Shown here piece by piece: positions 46,268 through 55,100 of a stretch of 64,000 bases of DNA. The stretch covers positions 1,116,001 through 1,180,000 of the forward strand of contig SMSO01000033.1 in assembly GCA_004764695.1 (NCBI GenBank), given 5' to 3'. The notes beneath the pieces were generated by a model. That model ran no database searches. It saw only the letters and a program-made list of their open reading frames with translations, and had not been told where the DNA came from. The stretch comes from Schizochytrium sp. TIO01. Its lineage: Eukaryota > Protista > Bigyra: Labyrinthulomycetes. Position 1 is the stretch's first letter, and each line of letters begins with the position of its first letter. The translations under genes were made by a program, and so were the position numbers.

Positions 46268-49200
46268 ATGTCTCTAGATGACGTCGAGAATGACAAGGAC
46301 TCAATCTACATTTCCTCTGATGAGTCTTCTTCTGATGAAGACGAGAACGATCTCTATGAGTGTTCATCGGCAAGTACTCCTGGCCATGAAAACTGGACCT
46401 TTCAATCTTACTCCACTGAAGGCGCAAAGTACCACAGCAACCTATCTGGGTCTCAACTTGGCATGAACGCAGTCCAACTCAAGTACAATTGCTCAAGCGA
46501 ATTAATGCTCCCCAAGGTTCAACAAGAAAGTTCGGAGATTACTAAAAGGATTCGAAAGGTTCTTCGTGTTGACAATAACTACAAATTTACCAGGCTTGAT
46601 AGTTTCAAGATTTGTTTGCCGCCAGGCTGGGTGATTGCAGTTAAGGAATGGTTGAATAGTCTTAGCTCAAACGCATCTCCGCCATTTTCTATCACGGATC
46701 AAGATTTCCGTGCCTACCTTCTCGTTGAAATTTCTCTGCGAGTTGCAGGAAAGTCGTTCTCGGAGTGTCTTGAGGACCCACCAGGTCATTGGAATCTAGC
46801 CCATACGGTATCCTATTCAAAAGTTCGAAAGGCAATGAGCCTGGACAAGTCCAATCGGGCAACAAAAGGGTCACGCGAGGCTAGAGTATGCTCCTCAAGT
46901 CCGATCATCCATGAAATGGGAGGTGCTGCTCAGCGCCATTGGGTGAAGATGTTCTTTGTCCCTAAAACCACTTGGATCGATCTTGATGACGACAAGCTTC
47001 CCTATGGTTCTCCTCAGTGGGAGAATTTTGGAATTCGTACCATTCCAACGAAAACAAAAAAACAGAAACCCGTGATACATCTTGTGTGCTCTGTGGGTAC
47101 AGGTCTGCTCCTAGTACCACGGTTAGAGACTTCCCACTCACCTGTTCATAAAATTGTAAGCAAGGCAATAGATTTTCTGAATGAGGGGGAGTCAGGAGAA
47201 AGCCCTGATGCGTCTGTGTCTTCAGAGCTTCGTGTATTCATTGATCGTGGTTATCTGGCATTATCGAAACCTCAGGATATGGATCGTGCAACAAACATAA
47301 CTCAAATTCTTCAGTCAAAGGGAGTCAAATTTCTTGGAACTTGTCGCAAGACCTCGTCATTCCCGTTTATAGATGTTGAAGGACCAGTTCCTGCTACGCC
47401 TGTGAGGGGAAGTCAAACTATCATTAACAGGAATGGCCGTCGAAGCACCTACACCGCTCAAAGATACCAGAATGGCGATTTTGTTGCTGCGATGATGATG
47501 CGTCACGGTGCGGGAAAGCATAGAGTTGCACAACTCATCACGAACGACCGTTGTTTGGCTGACCAAGTTTGGAGTTACGAAGTACTTCCTGCTGGAGTAG
47601 ATTGGAACTCACCAGGTGGTGTAAAGCGCGTTCCACATGCTGAGATTGAGATAGAGCCGTGTGACATGAGTACATATAAGATGAAGGCACAAGCTAATCA
47701 TAAAATTAACCTTGTGAACGCCAATATCTTCTCAATGACAATTTCCCAAAGAACACCTGACTGGTTTATGGCTCGGCAATTTAGAATTACAAGCACCGGT
47801 GCTTTTACCTGTATCAACTTTAAAAATGCTCCATTCGTTCATTCGGATGAGCTTATGGCCTTACACCACGATGTGAAATCGTTCGCTTGTCTTGACCCGC
47901 AACGAATTATCTCATTATTCCCCCGTCCTAATAAGCGTTCTTCTTATTCATCTGAAGGAGCTCAGAAGCAATATAAAAGGAAGCGTCAAGGGGAGGGTCT
48001 TATTCTTGAATATACATACTGGATGCAACGTATGAACAAAAATGAGCTTATCCAAAAGTTACTTTCTTTGGATGTAGGTGCAAAGACTGATGGCAAAAAG
48101 ATCGAACTAGCCAAGCGGATCGTAGACATCCTATCAAGAACTATAGATCATGAAACGGTCTCAAACGGAGAACTATCTTCCTTACAGGAAGACATACACC
48201 CTCAGCATGCATCTCAGGAGTCCACTACTCAAGACCTGCTGGAAATGAGTGACAGTAGTGACATTGGGGACAGCTTTCCCTTGCACAATTCTGAAACGAT
48301 TGATGATAACCATACATGCACTTTCGAGGAACGCCAGAAATCATTTCTTAGAACAATCACACCAAGTTGGTTTATGAAGCCTATTCAAAATGGGTTTTCG
48401 AATCATAAAAACCCACTGGCTTTGGGGATTGAAAATGAGGCAGACGTGGCGAAAGATCTTTCCAGATGGGTTAAGAAAGCAAGTTCCAATAAATTCTGTA
48501 TTCTCCAGCTACGCAAATATGGTCTGATTATTAATCGGGAAGTCCAATTTGTAGCAGACTCACCCGACGGTGCAGCTGTTCTTTTGAGGAATACAGAGCT
48601 AGAAGGAAACAATTTTGTTATAGATGATGTATTTGCCTTAGAAATCAAAACAAGTACAAATGCCAAAACTATAGATGAGTTAAAGTCTCGAGTTGCTGGT
48701 CAGAGTGCGTGGCACGAATGCAAATGTGGAACAAGTGAGTTCGAGTCGTTAGTCCCAAATCCGTCGTTTCGAACTCAGTGTATCCATCATGCAGCTACTT
48801 TAGATGTCCCTTACACCCTCCTTATATATGCCACAACTGAGGAAATCATGCAAGGAGTGCTAATCAAAGTCTCATGTGCCCAGCGCCAGTCATGGCGTGA
48901 GTATTTCAAAGCGTTGAGTGATGAATACATGGGCTTTGCTTATGGCAATCAACTTGGTAGGTTTCCTCGTTTTGCACCAGACCAATCACCAGACTGGGGT
49001 TATGCTGTGGATTTACACAGTGCCGAACTCGCTTTGCAGCTTTGGCGGAGGCATAGTGACGACGTGCTGGTCAACGGAACCCCACCGCCTTGCAAACGCC
49101 TACTGCCTTTGACTGTTAGTGTCTGGAATAAGATGATGGGCGGAGTTGATATCACTAGAAAAACTATCAATGGAGCGAGCATTCGTACTTCAAAGCTGAC

Positions 49201-49783
49201 TCCTAATGCTTTGGTTTGTTTAACATTCATTGACTATATTTTATACAACTCGTTTCGAGCGTATCAGCTCCTCTCAATGGAGCATCGGAACCTCACATCG
49301 AAGTGTAAAACAATTACGGAATGGTCAATGCTACGCAAAAATCTGTGCTGCTATAGAGGCTATCTAAGTAGTCTCGCAGAAGAAATTAGGGTTGTCTCAA
49401 TGGAATCCCTTTACCCATTTGACAATACTTGTTCCATGTCTGACATAGAATTCTGCTGGAGAGCAACTGATAACACCATTTCGCCTACTTCTACAGCCTC
49501 GCTAGAATCGCCGCAACAGTATCAATACAGTAAGTCACGACTCCCAGAACTTCTACAAACTCGTTTAGTTGGACAGCATGAATGCGTGGGCAAGTTCAAG
49601 AAGAGGGGAGCCTGCATTATGTGTTGTGTTGATTGCGAACGGGGATCGGCGCCAGACCATCCATATCGTAATCCACGGAAGACCACTCGATGGTGCCAAA
49701 CTTGCAATGCTTACATTTGTAAGCATTGCAATATCAAATTTCATAGCGAGGAGCAAATTACGATTCCTCATTTCCATACATAA
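46268..49783 (+). CDS. piggyBac-like DDD transposase with an inserted YqaJ/lambda-exonuclease-like PD-(D/E)XK domain, a SAP-like motif and a C-terminal Cys-rich domain
   Basis: 1171 aa. Acidic N-terminus. piggyBac-like core: WIDLDDDKL (D240), VFIDRGY (D326), KGVKFLGTCRK, WNKMMGGVD (D961), FIDYILYNSFRAY. C-terminal H..CIMC...RKTTRWCQTCNAYICKHCNIKFH. Inserted nuclease: QRTPDWFMARQFRITST, GIENE, GLIINREVQFVADSPDG, LEIKT, QCIHH. Confidence 0.88.
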   Translation: MSLDDVENDKDSIYISSDESSSDEDENDLYECSSASTPGHENWTFQSYSTEGAKYHSNLSGSQLGMNAVQLKYNCSSELMLPKVQQESSEITKRIRKVLRVDNNYKFTRLDSFKICLPPGWVIAVKEWLNSLSSNASPPFSITDQDFRAYLLVEISLRVAGKSFSECLEDPPGHWNLAHTVSYSKVRKAMSLDKSNRATKGSREARVCSSSPIIHEMGGAAQRHWVKMFFVPKTTWIDLDDDKLPYGSPQWENFGIRTIPTKTKKQKPVIHLVCSVGTGLLLVPRLETSHSPVHKIVSKAIDFLNEGESGESPDASVSSELRVFIDRGYLALSKPQDMDRATNITQILQSKGVKFLGTCRKTSSFPFIDVEGPVPATPVRGSQTIINRNGRRSTYTAQRYQNGDFVAAMMMRHGAGKHRVAQLITNDRCLADQVWSYEVLPAGVDWNSPGGVKRVPHAEIEIEPCDMSTYKMKAQANHKINLVNANIFSMTISQRTPDWFMARQFRITSTGAFTCINFKNAPFVHSDELMALHHDVKSFACLDPQRIISLFPRPNKRSSYSSEGAQKQYKRKRQGEGLILEYTYWMQRMNKNELIQKLLSLDVGAKTDGKKIELAKRIVDILSRTIDHETVSNGELSSLQEDIHPQHASQESTTQDLLEMSDSSDIGDSFPLHNSETIDDNHTCTFEERQKSFLRTITPSWFMKPIQNGFSNHKNPLALGIENEADVAKDLSRWVKKASSNKFCILQLRKYGLIINREVQFVADSPDGAAVLLRNTELEGNNFVIDDVFALEIKTSTNAKTIDELKSRVAGQSAWHECKCGTSEFESLVPNPSFRTQCIHHAATLDVPYTLLIYATTEEIMQGVLIKVSCAQRQSWREYFKALSDEYMGFAYGNQLGRFPRFAPDQSPDWGYAVDLHSAELALQLWRRHSDDVLVNGTPPPCKRLLPLTVSVWNKMMGGVDITRKTINGASIRTSKLTPNALVCLTFIDYILYNSFRAYQLLSMEHRNLTSKCKTITEWSMLRKNLCCYRGYLSSLAEEIRVVSMESLYPFDNTCSMSDIEFCWRATDNTISPTSTASLESPQQYQYSKSRLPELLQTRLVGQHECVGKFKKRGACIMCCVDCERGSAPDHPYRNPRKTTRWCQTCNAYICKHCNIKFHSEEQITIPHFHT

Positions 49784-49976
49784 AAATTATCCACACAAAA
49801 AATTAATATTACATTTAGCTTATATAAAATCTTCATTTATCGCGAAATCTTCATCTTTAGATGTTTCTCCGACTTGAGCAACGCAAAAATAAACTACTAT
49901 TGTTTATATTAACTAAACTATTAAACTAACCAAAATACCCAAACTCTTATACGTTTTCGCTAATGCAAAGTTCAGT

Positions 49977-50003
49977 TTTTCAGGACGTATTACGTCCTGA
50001 AAA
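49977..50003. repeat. Right subterminal palindrome TTTTCAGGACGTA-T-TACGTCCTGAAAA
   Basis: Perfect 13-bp arms around a 1-nt centre; homologous to the left palindrome with a compensatory base-pair change. Confidence 0.95.
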
Positions 50004-50771
50004 TCTAAAGGCCTATTTGCCCTATTAGGCCGTTTTATCGAGGTTGTGAGCCAATTTTTGGACGAGTAGCGTGAGCTCAATACGCTTGCTTCTGCAAAGA
50101 AATCGTGCTCAGTTTAGGGAAACAGTTGTTTCAACATGATCATACAATCAAATTTACGATTTTAGATCTTTACAGGGTTTTCTGGCGATTTTAGTCAAAA
50201 ATATTTTGCGGACATAATTCGGGACATTTTGAATTTAGCCAGGGATAGAGTTTTTTTGTTTTTTTTTTAAAGGTCAGTAATGAGAAAGAAAGCACAGCGA
50301 CAAGAAAGAAGGCAATACTCCAACTAATCGCTCGACTCGCCAGCTCGACGCGACAGCGCTTTCCGACCGCCTCGAGGGAGGTCGTCGCGAGGTCTGCTGT
50401 TTGGCAGAGAGGATCTGATTCTCTCCAATCCCGATATCGACTTGAACAGCCGCGTCCTCAGGGACCGTAGCTGTACTCGTTGCCACCGCTGCTGTGGCGG
50501 TGCCGCTCTTCGTTAACCATCTCGTCAGCTGATTAGCGCGAGATTCCTATAGTTCTGCATATATAGGTGGCTAGTTATATTTGAAGAAGAAGGGCAGCAC
50601 GTCCTCGTACTTCTTCGTCCCTGCATCCAAACCTTGCTCGTGTTTCTTACCTAGGTTCACGGAGTAATCATATATATATCTAGCAGATATCTCTCAAGCC
50701 AGCCGTTGTTATAGACAGACGTTTGACACATCCTTCATATATTTCATTAATTCGCTAGAAGCCCAAGCAAA

Positions 50772-52166
50772 ATGGCACCCAATCATGCAAGCTCAGGCCC
50801 TTCGGCAGGTGCCCAGGTGATCACAGGTCCTCGAGTTGAAGAGCATCTGGAGAATGTTCGTCCTCGAGCACGAATTCTGATTATTTCACCAGTTTTCCCA
50901 CCTCAAGTAGCAGTGGGTGGAGGTGTGGCAGTGACGGTAGGTGCCTTGACAGATAAGCTCATTCACCGCGGATGTGTTGTCAAGGTTCTATCTCCAAGGC
51001 TCTTCAATGTAGACTTCGGCACATCTAGTCTGTACAAGTCCTTTCCGGTCCAGTTCCCAACGGTGTTCAACCTGCGACTGTTCTACCGCGAGATCAAGGC
51101 CGCAGATGTCATCGTGTGTCCTGATAACACTGTCATGCCATTCCTCCTCTACTTTAGCCACTTACATGGCACCCCTCTCGTATTTAACCTGCACACTAAT
51201 GTGCGCAAGCTCTTAGAGATGACTGGACCCTTTGGTCGCTACGTGTCAGCCCCAATCTGTGATGGTTTCATCCGATCCTGCTCCAATATGACTGCTCGCA
51301 CATTTACAACCTCTCCAAGCTACCGGGATGTGCTGCAAAAGCGTGGATACCGTGTAGACGCTGTGTTTTCCCCGCGTATTAAGCTGGCGATTTTTGAGGT
51401 TGAAGACTCCCAACGCGAAATTGACGAGGCTCGCAAGTTCCTTAGCAAGGGTAACACCAATATGACCTTGCTCATCTACGTCGGTCGCTTCTCGCATGAG
51501 AAGCGCATCGAGCTTCTGGCAAAGGCTAAGCCGGAGGAATGCGTTCTCGCTATCGTTGGTGATGGCCCTGGTGAGGCTGGTGATGATGTGGAGCGTCTTC
51601 ACGACCCCGCAAACCATGTTTACGTCTTCCGCGGTATGCAAGGACAAGCGCGCCTGCGTGTATTTTACAAGGCCTCTGACTTCCTCGTGTCAGCAAGCAA
51701 CTTTGAGACGCTTGGTATGACTGTGGCTGAAGCAAACCTTTGTGACACACCGGCGATCTGCGAACGTGCTACCGGCTTTGATACTCAAATTGTGCATGGT
51801 GAGAACGGCTTTCTCATCCACTTTGACGATTCCAAGCAGGCCAAGGCTGATATTCGCTATGCTATGAAACACAAACCTACTCGTAAAATGATTCGTGCCC
51901 TTATTTCTGGTGACCAGCGATGGGACAGCGACCTTCCGAATCTCGAGGATCTTGTGCTTGATGTAGTTGATGTTGGCGATGATAAATCTCGCTGGGGCTC
52001 CGGTCCAATCTCTCTCTGGCTGATGACCCCCGCCATTATCATCTTCTACATCATGTTCTGGATTGTAGGCTTTCCTTTCAACCAGGTTACTAACTTTGCT
52101 GACCGTAAGAACATTGGTCCGGCCGTGTTTAACTCCAAGCGTCTAGCACCAAAGGCATCCTGCTGA
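50772..52166 (+). CDS. GT4 (GT-B) retaining glycosyltransferase, SQD2/SqdX/MgtA-like, with a C-terminal hydrophobic segment
   Basis: 464 aa with FPPQVAVGGGVA, LVFNLHTN, LIYVGRFSHEKRIELL, LAIVGDGP and FYKASDFLVSASNFETLGMTVAEANLCDTPAI (E-x7-E motif). C-terminal LWLMTPAIIIFYIMFWIVGFPF. Confidence 0.9.
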   Translation: MAPNHASSGPSAGAQVITGPRVEEHLENVRPRARILIISPVFPPQVAVGGGVAVTVGALTDKLIHRGCVVKVLSPRLFNVDFGTSSLYKSFPVQFPTVFNLRLFYREIKAADVIVCPDNTVMPFLLYFSHLHGTPLVFNLHTNVRKLLEMTGPFGRYVSAPICDGFIRSCSNMTARTFTTSPSYRDVLQKRGYRVDAVFSPRIKLAIFEVEDSQREIDEARKFLSKGNTNMTLLIYVGRFSHEKRIELLAKAKPEECVLAIVGDGPGEAGDDVERLHDPANHVYVFRGMQGQARLRVFYKASDFLVSASNFETLGMTVAEANLCDTPAICERATGFDTQIVHGENGFLIHFDDSKQAKADIRYAMKHKPTRKMIRALISGDQRWDSDLPNLEDLVLDVVDVGDDKSRWGSGPISLWLMTPAIIIFYIMFWIVGFPFNQVTNFADRKNIGPAVFNSKRLAPKASC

Positions 52167-55100
52167 TCTTTGTGACGATGATAACGTTATCGCTGATGCC
52201 ATCTGTTTTCAACGGTGATGTGATCTTTATGATGTGAACAAATATGTTTTGTTTCGCTCCATATGTATGTGAGCATATGTTTGTGTGTACGCCTTCGTTT
52301 GCGCAGACTGCACGCGGATGCTCTAATTCCATTTCTTTCTACTTCTCATAAACTTTTCGACGTGACTCTTTTCAATATTCCAGGTCAGCCCCCCGCATAT
52401 ACTTTAAGGATTGGCCAGGGCCAGGTGATTGCACCCACTCAACTATATAACATCTTGTTGATTTTCTTTGCTTTTATTTCCCTCTCTACAGACCTATTAC
52501 TTAATCCAAAGTCAAGTCAATAGATTTAGATTATGGATTGATCACCAAACTTTGTAAGCTTTGATGATTCTATTGGTGTTGTTAATAGTGAACGAACAAT
52601 ACCAAACTTTGAATTATTTGCCGTACGTAACGTTGCCTTTATAAAATATATGATTGATTAGAAGGGGAAAATAGGCAGAGAAAAGCCCGTTCGGATCTCA
52701 AATGCAATTATCACAAGAGTCTCAATTTAAATTGGCCAACACCTTTGGCCTGTAAAAGGCTCAATCCCGGTTCTAGATATTGAAACAAAATGCGCATCTG
52801 TAGCTGATCATTTCCCAAATCTGATCCAGTGATGAACTACTTGAGATGATGTAATCACTTGCTGTAGAAAGACAACTTTTGCTATATTTCGATTGTGATG
52901 GATACAAGTGCTAAATGGTGGGGTGAATCGATGAAACGAAGAGATGATCCTTTATACCATGCAATGGAATGCATTTCACTCATTTGTTTTCGACAACTTT
53001 ATAACTTCTTTAAATCAGACTTGAGAAATCCACTTAGTTACTTTTCTCCTCAAATACCGCTTCCGTAAACTTCAGTATGAAATGGTCTAAAAAGATTGAG
53101 AATAATGACAGTTTAGATCCAAAATCGAATATAGCTTTATCTCAAGTTAGTTAAATGCAGCAAGGCTTTAATGGAAAAAAAATTCAGCTGTTTGACTCAT
53201 TAAATCCCAATTAATATTATGAACTAGAGCCACTAAAGATTTGTCTGACCCACACCCTAGCGTTTGCAATTCAGATAGATGGCTGTATGACTCAAGATCT
53301 GTTGGTCGAATTTCCACTGACATATTTGATTAAACACAAGTTTCAATGTAGATAAATTTAATTCTCTCGGGCTGTTCAAGACCAGAGCATTGAGACGAAC
53401 TGTGCTAGATTTGATCCATACGTACACGAATATGATCGTCGCAATATTGTAGTTGAAGTCGAAACCTAGCTCACCAAGTGGATAATCCACATCAAGATCT
53501 CAGCACTTCATGAGGTTTTGGTATTTACTGAAACCGCAAAACTTGCATTCATTTTATCGATCACTCGTTGAAGGCACTGGGGCCAACAGTCAAAACGTAT
53601 AGGTGTTTTAAGATATATTTATGCAGCCAGAAAGTAAGTACAAAGCTTTTGCGTCGTACTCTTGGTCTTGGTTGCAATCACCCAACACTTCGACAATATG
53701 TTAATTTGCACGTAACACGTGGTGGTTGTACTGTTTGAGAGCAACCAACTTGCTGTACTGGTATGAAAGGTTCGGGCTCTTGAAGTATTTTTATCATCCC
53801 GATGCTATGTATCCGTAAATTGTTTGCTTTATTGTGACATCAATATTTCAAATAGTCTCCAAGATGTGTACGCCCTCTCAACATAAAAAGATTCCACCTA
53901 AAGCCAAATTGAATGATGCAACTCCTGTTGATGTTGAGTGCAGGAGAACTTTTTTTTTAAAAATAAGACAAATGAAACAAAAACAACGAACAGACTCTAG
54001 CTGAGGCAAAATGGCTGGCTTCTGCATAGAGCACTTAACTCGTGCTGAAGAGAATCACTGAGGGGAAATCATCGAATCTGACGTGTATCCTCTCAGTAGT
54101 GATAGAATCCTGTATGCCTCCATTCCAACTCAACGAGCGATGCTGAAAGCCAATGCTTTACACAACAGAGACATAGGTATGAGCCTTTCGAAGATCCTTG
54201 GAGCGATTTCTCAGCCTTGATTATGGTCTTTCATAATTGAAGTGCAAATATAGCGCGCAATGAGCCTAAACTTAATTGGTGTCTAATGATTGAATTTAAA
54301 ATTTGGCTCGATGGCAACAGTTTACCAACTTGTGAATGGAATTGCTTTTAATACTCAAATGGTGCATTTGCGTTCCTTCAAATCGTATCATGGGAACCGC
54401 TTAATAGCACTTGAGCTGGGTTCGATCATCAAAATATTAGTGTAGAGGATGCAGCAAGTATCCCGGGCAGATGACCAGCGACGTTAAGAGATACTCAATA
54501 CATGACTACGGATTCCAATTATCTGGTGATGCATACCTTTGCGGAGAAATATATTGTGACATGCAGCAAACAGGACAATTGTAATATACTTCAAATCGGG
54601 TAAGATATTAAGAACGTGACAATATGTTTCGAATTCCACATAATTCTATAATGTTGCTTCGGGAGCAGCACACGTCCATTCATCAGTCTTAAGCCTTGGA
54701 TTTGCTCAACCCTCTTTGGCCGACACTCAAGAGCTTGACAACATCTTTCATGGTTGACCTTGTGCTTGACGAGTAAGCTTTCTCAGTGAGTATCTATCGC
54801 TTTAAAATACACTTCATTGTTAAGATTTCACATGAAGATAGTACGTTACCGCTATTCCTGACTGATTCATTCATTGTTTCAGTCGCTGCTCCGTTTTGTG
54901 TTGTTCACGGATAATCAGCCTACATTCTCTGTTTGTCCTCTTCCCACCCCTCTTCAATAGCTCAAACCCTGCTTACGACAACACGTTAATCTTATCATTT
55001 TAGTCGATAAAATAGTTTGACTTGCACCTCGGTTGCGATGATACAGAACATTATGCGAATTACGCAGCGATGATCATACTTTTCCACAACGCAGGGTTGA

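Larger units (their letters stand above)
45756..50244 (+). mobile_element. piggyBac-like DNA transposon (4,489 bp), apparently intact, with an ATAG target-site duplication
   Basis: Left junction ATAG|CCCTGGCTA (TSD 45752-45755, TIR 45756-45764). Right junction TAGCCAGGG|ATAG (TIR 50236-50244, TSD 50245-50248). CCC...GGG termini as in piggyBac, related subterminal palindromes near both ends, and a single uninterrupted transposase ORF. Confidence 0.9.

Noticed and set aside
46053-46277. 74-aa ORF upstream of the transposase as a second element gene
   Set aside because: Short, with no recognisable motif; cannot be supported without conservation data.
46268-50244. Fanzor/TnpB-type RNA-guided nuclease system
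   Set aside because: No RuvC I/II/III plus zinc-finger arrangement of TnpB type. The acidic motifs fit piggyBac DDD and PD-(D/E)XK folds, and I see no supportable guide-RNA structure.
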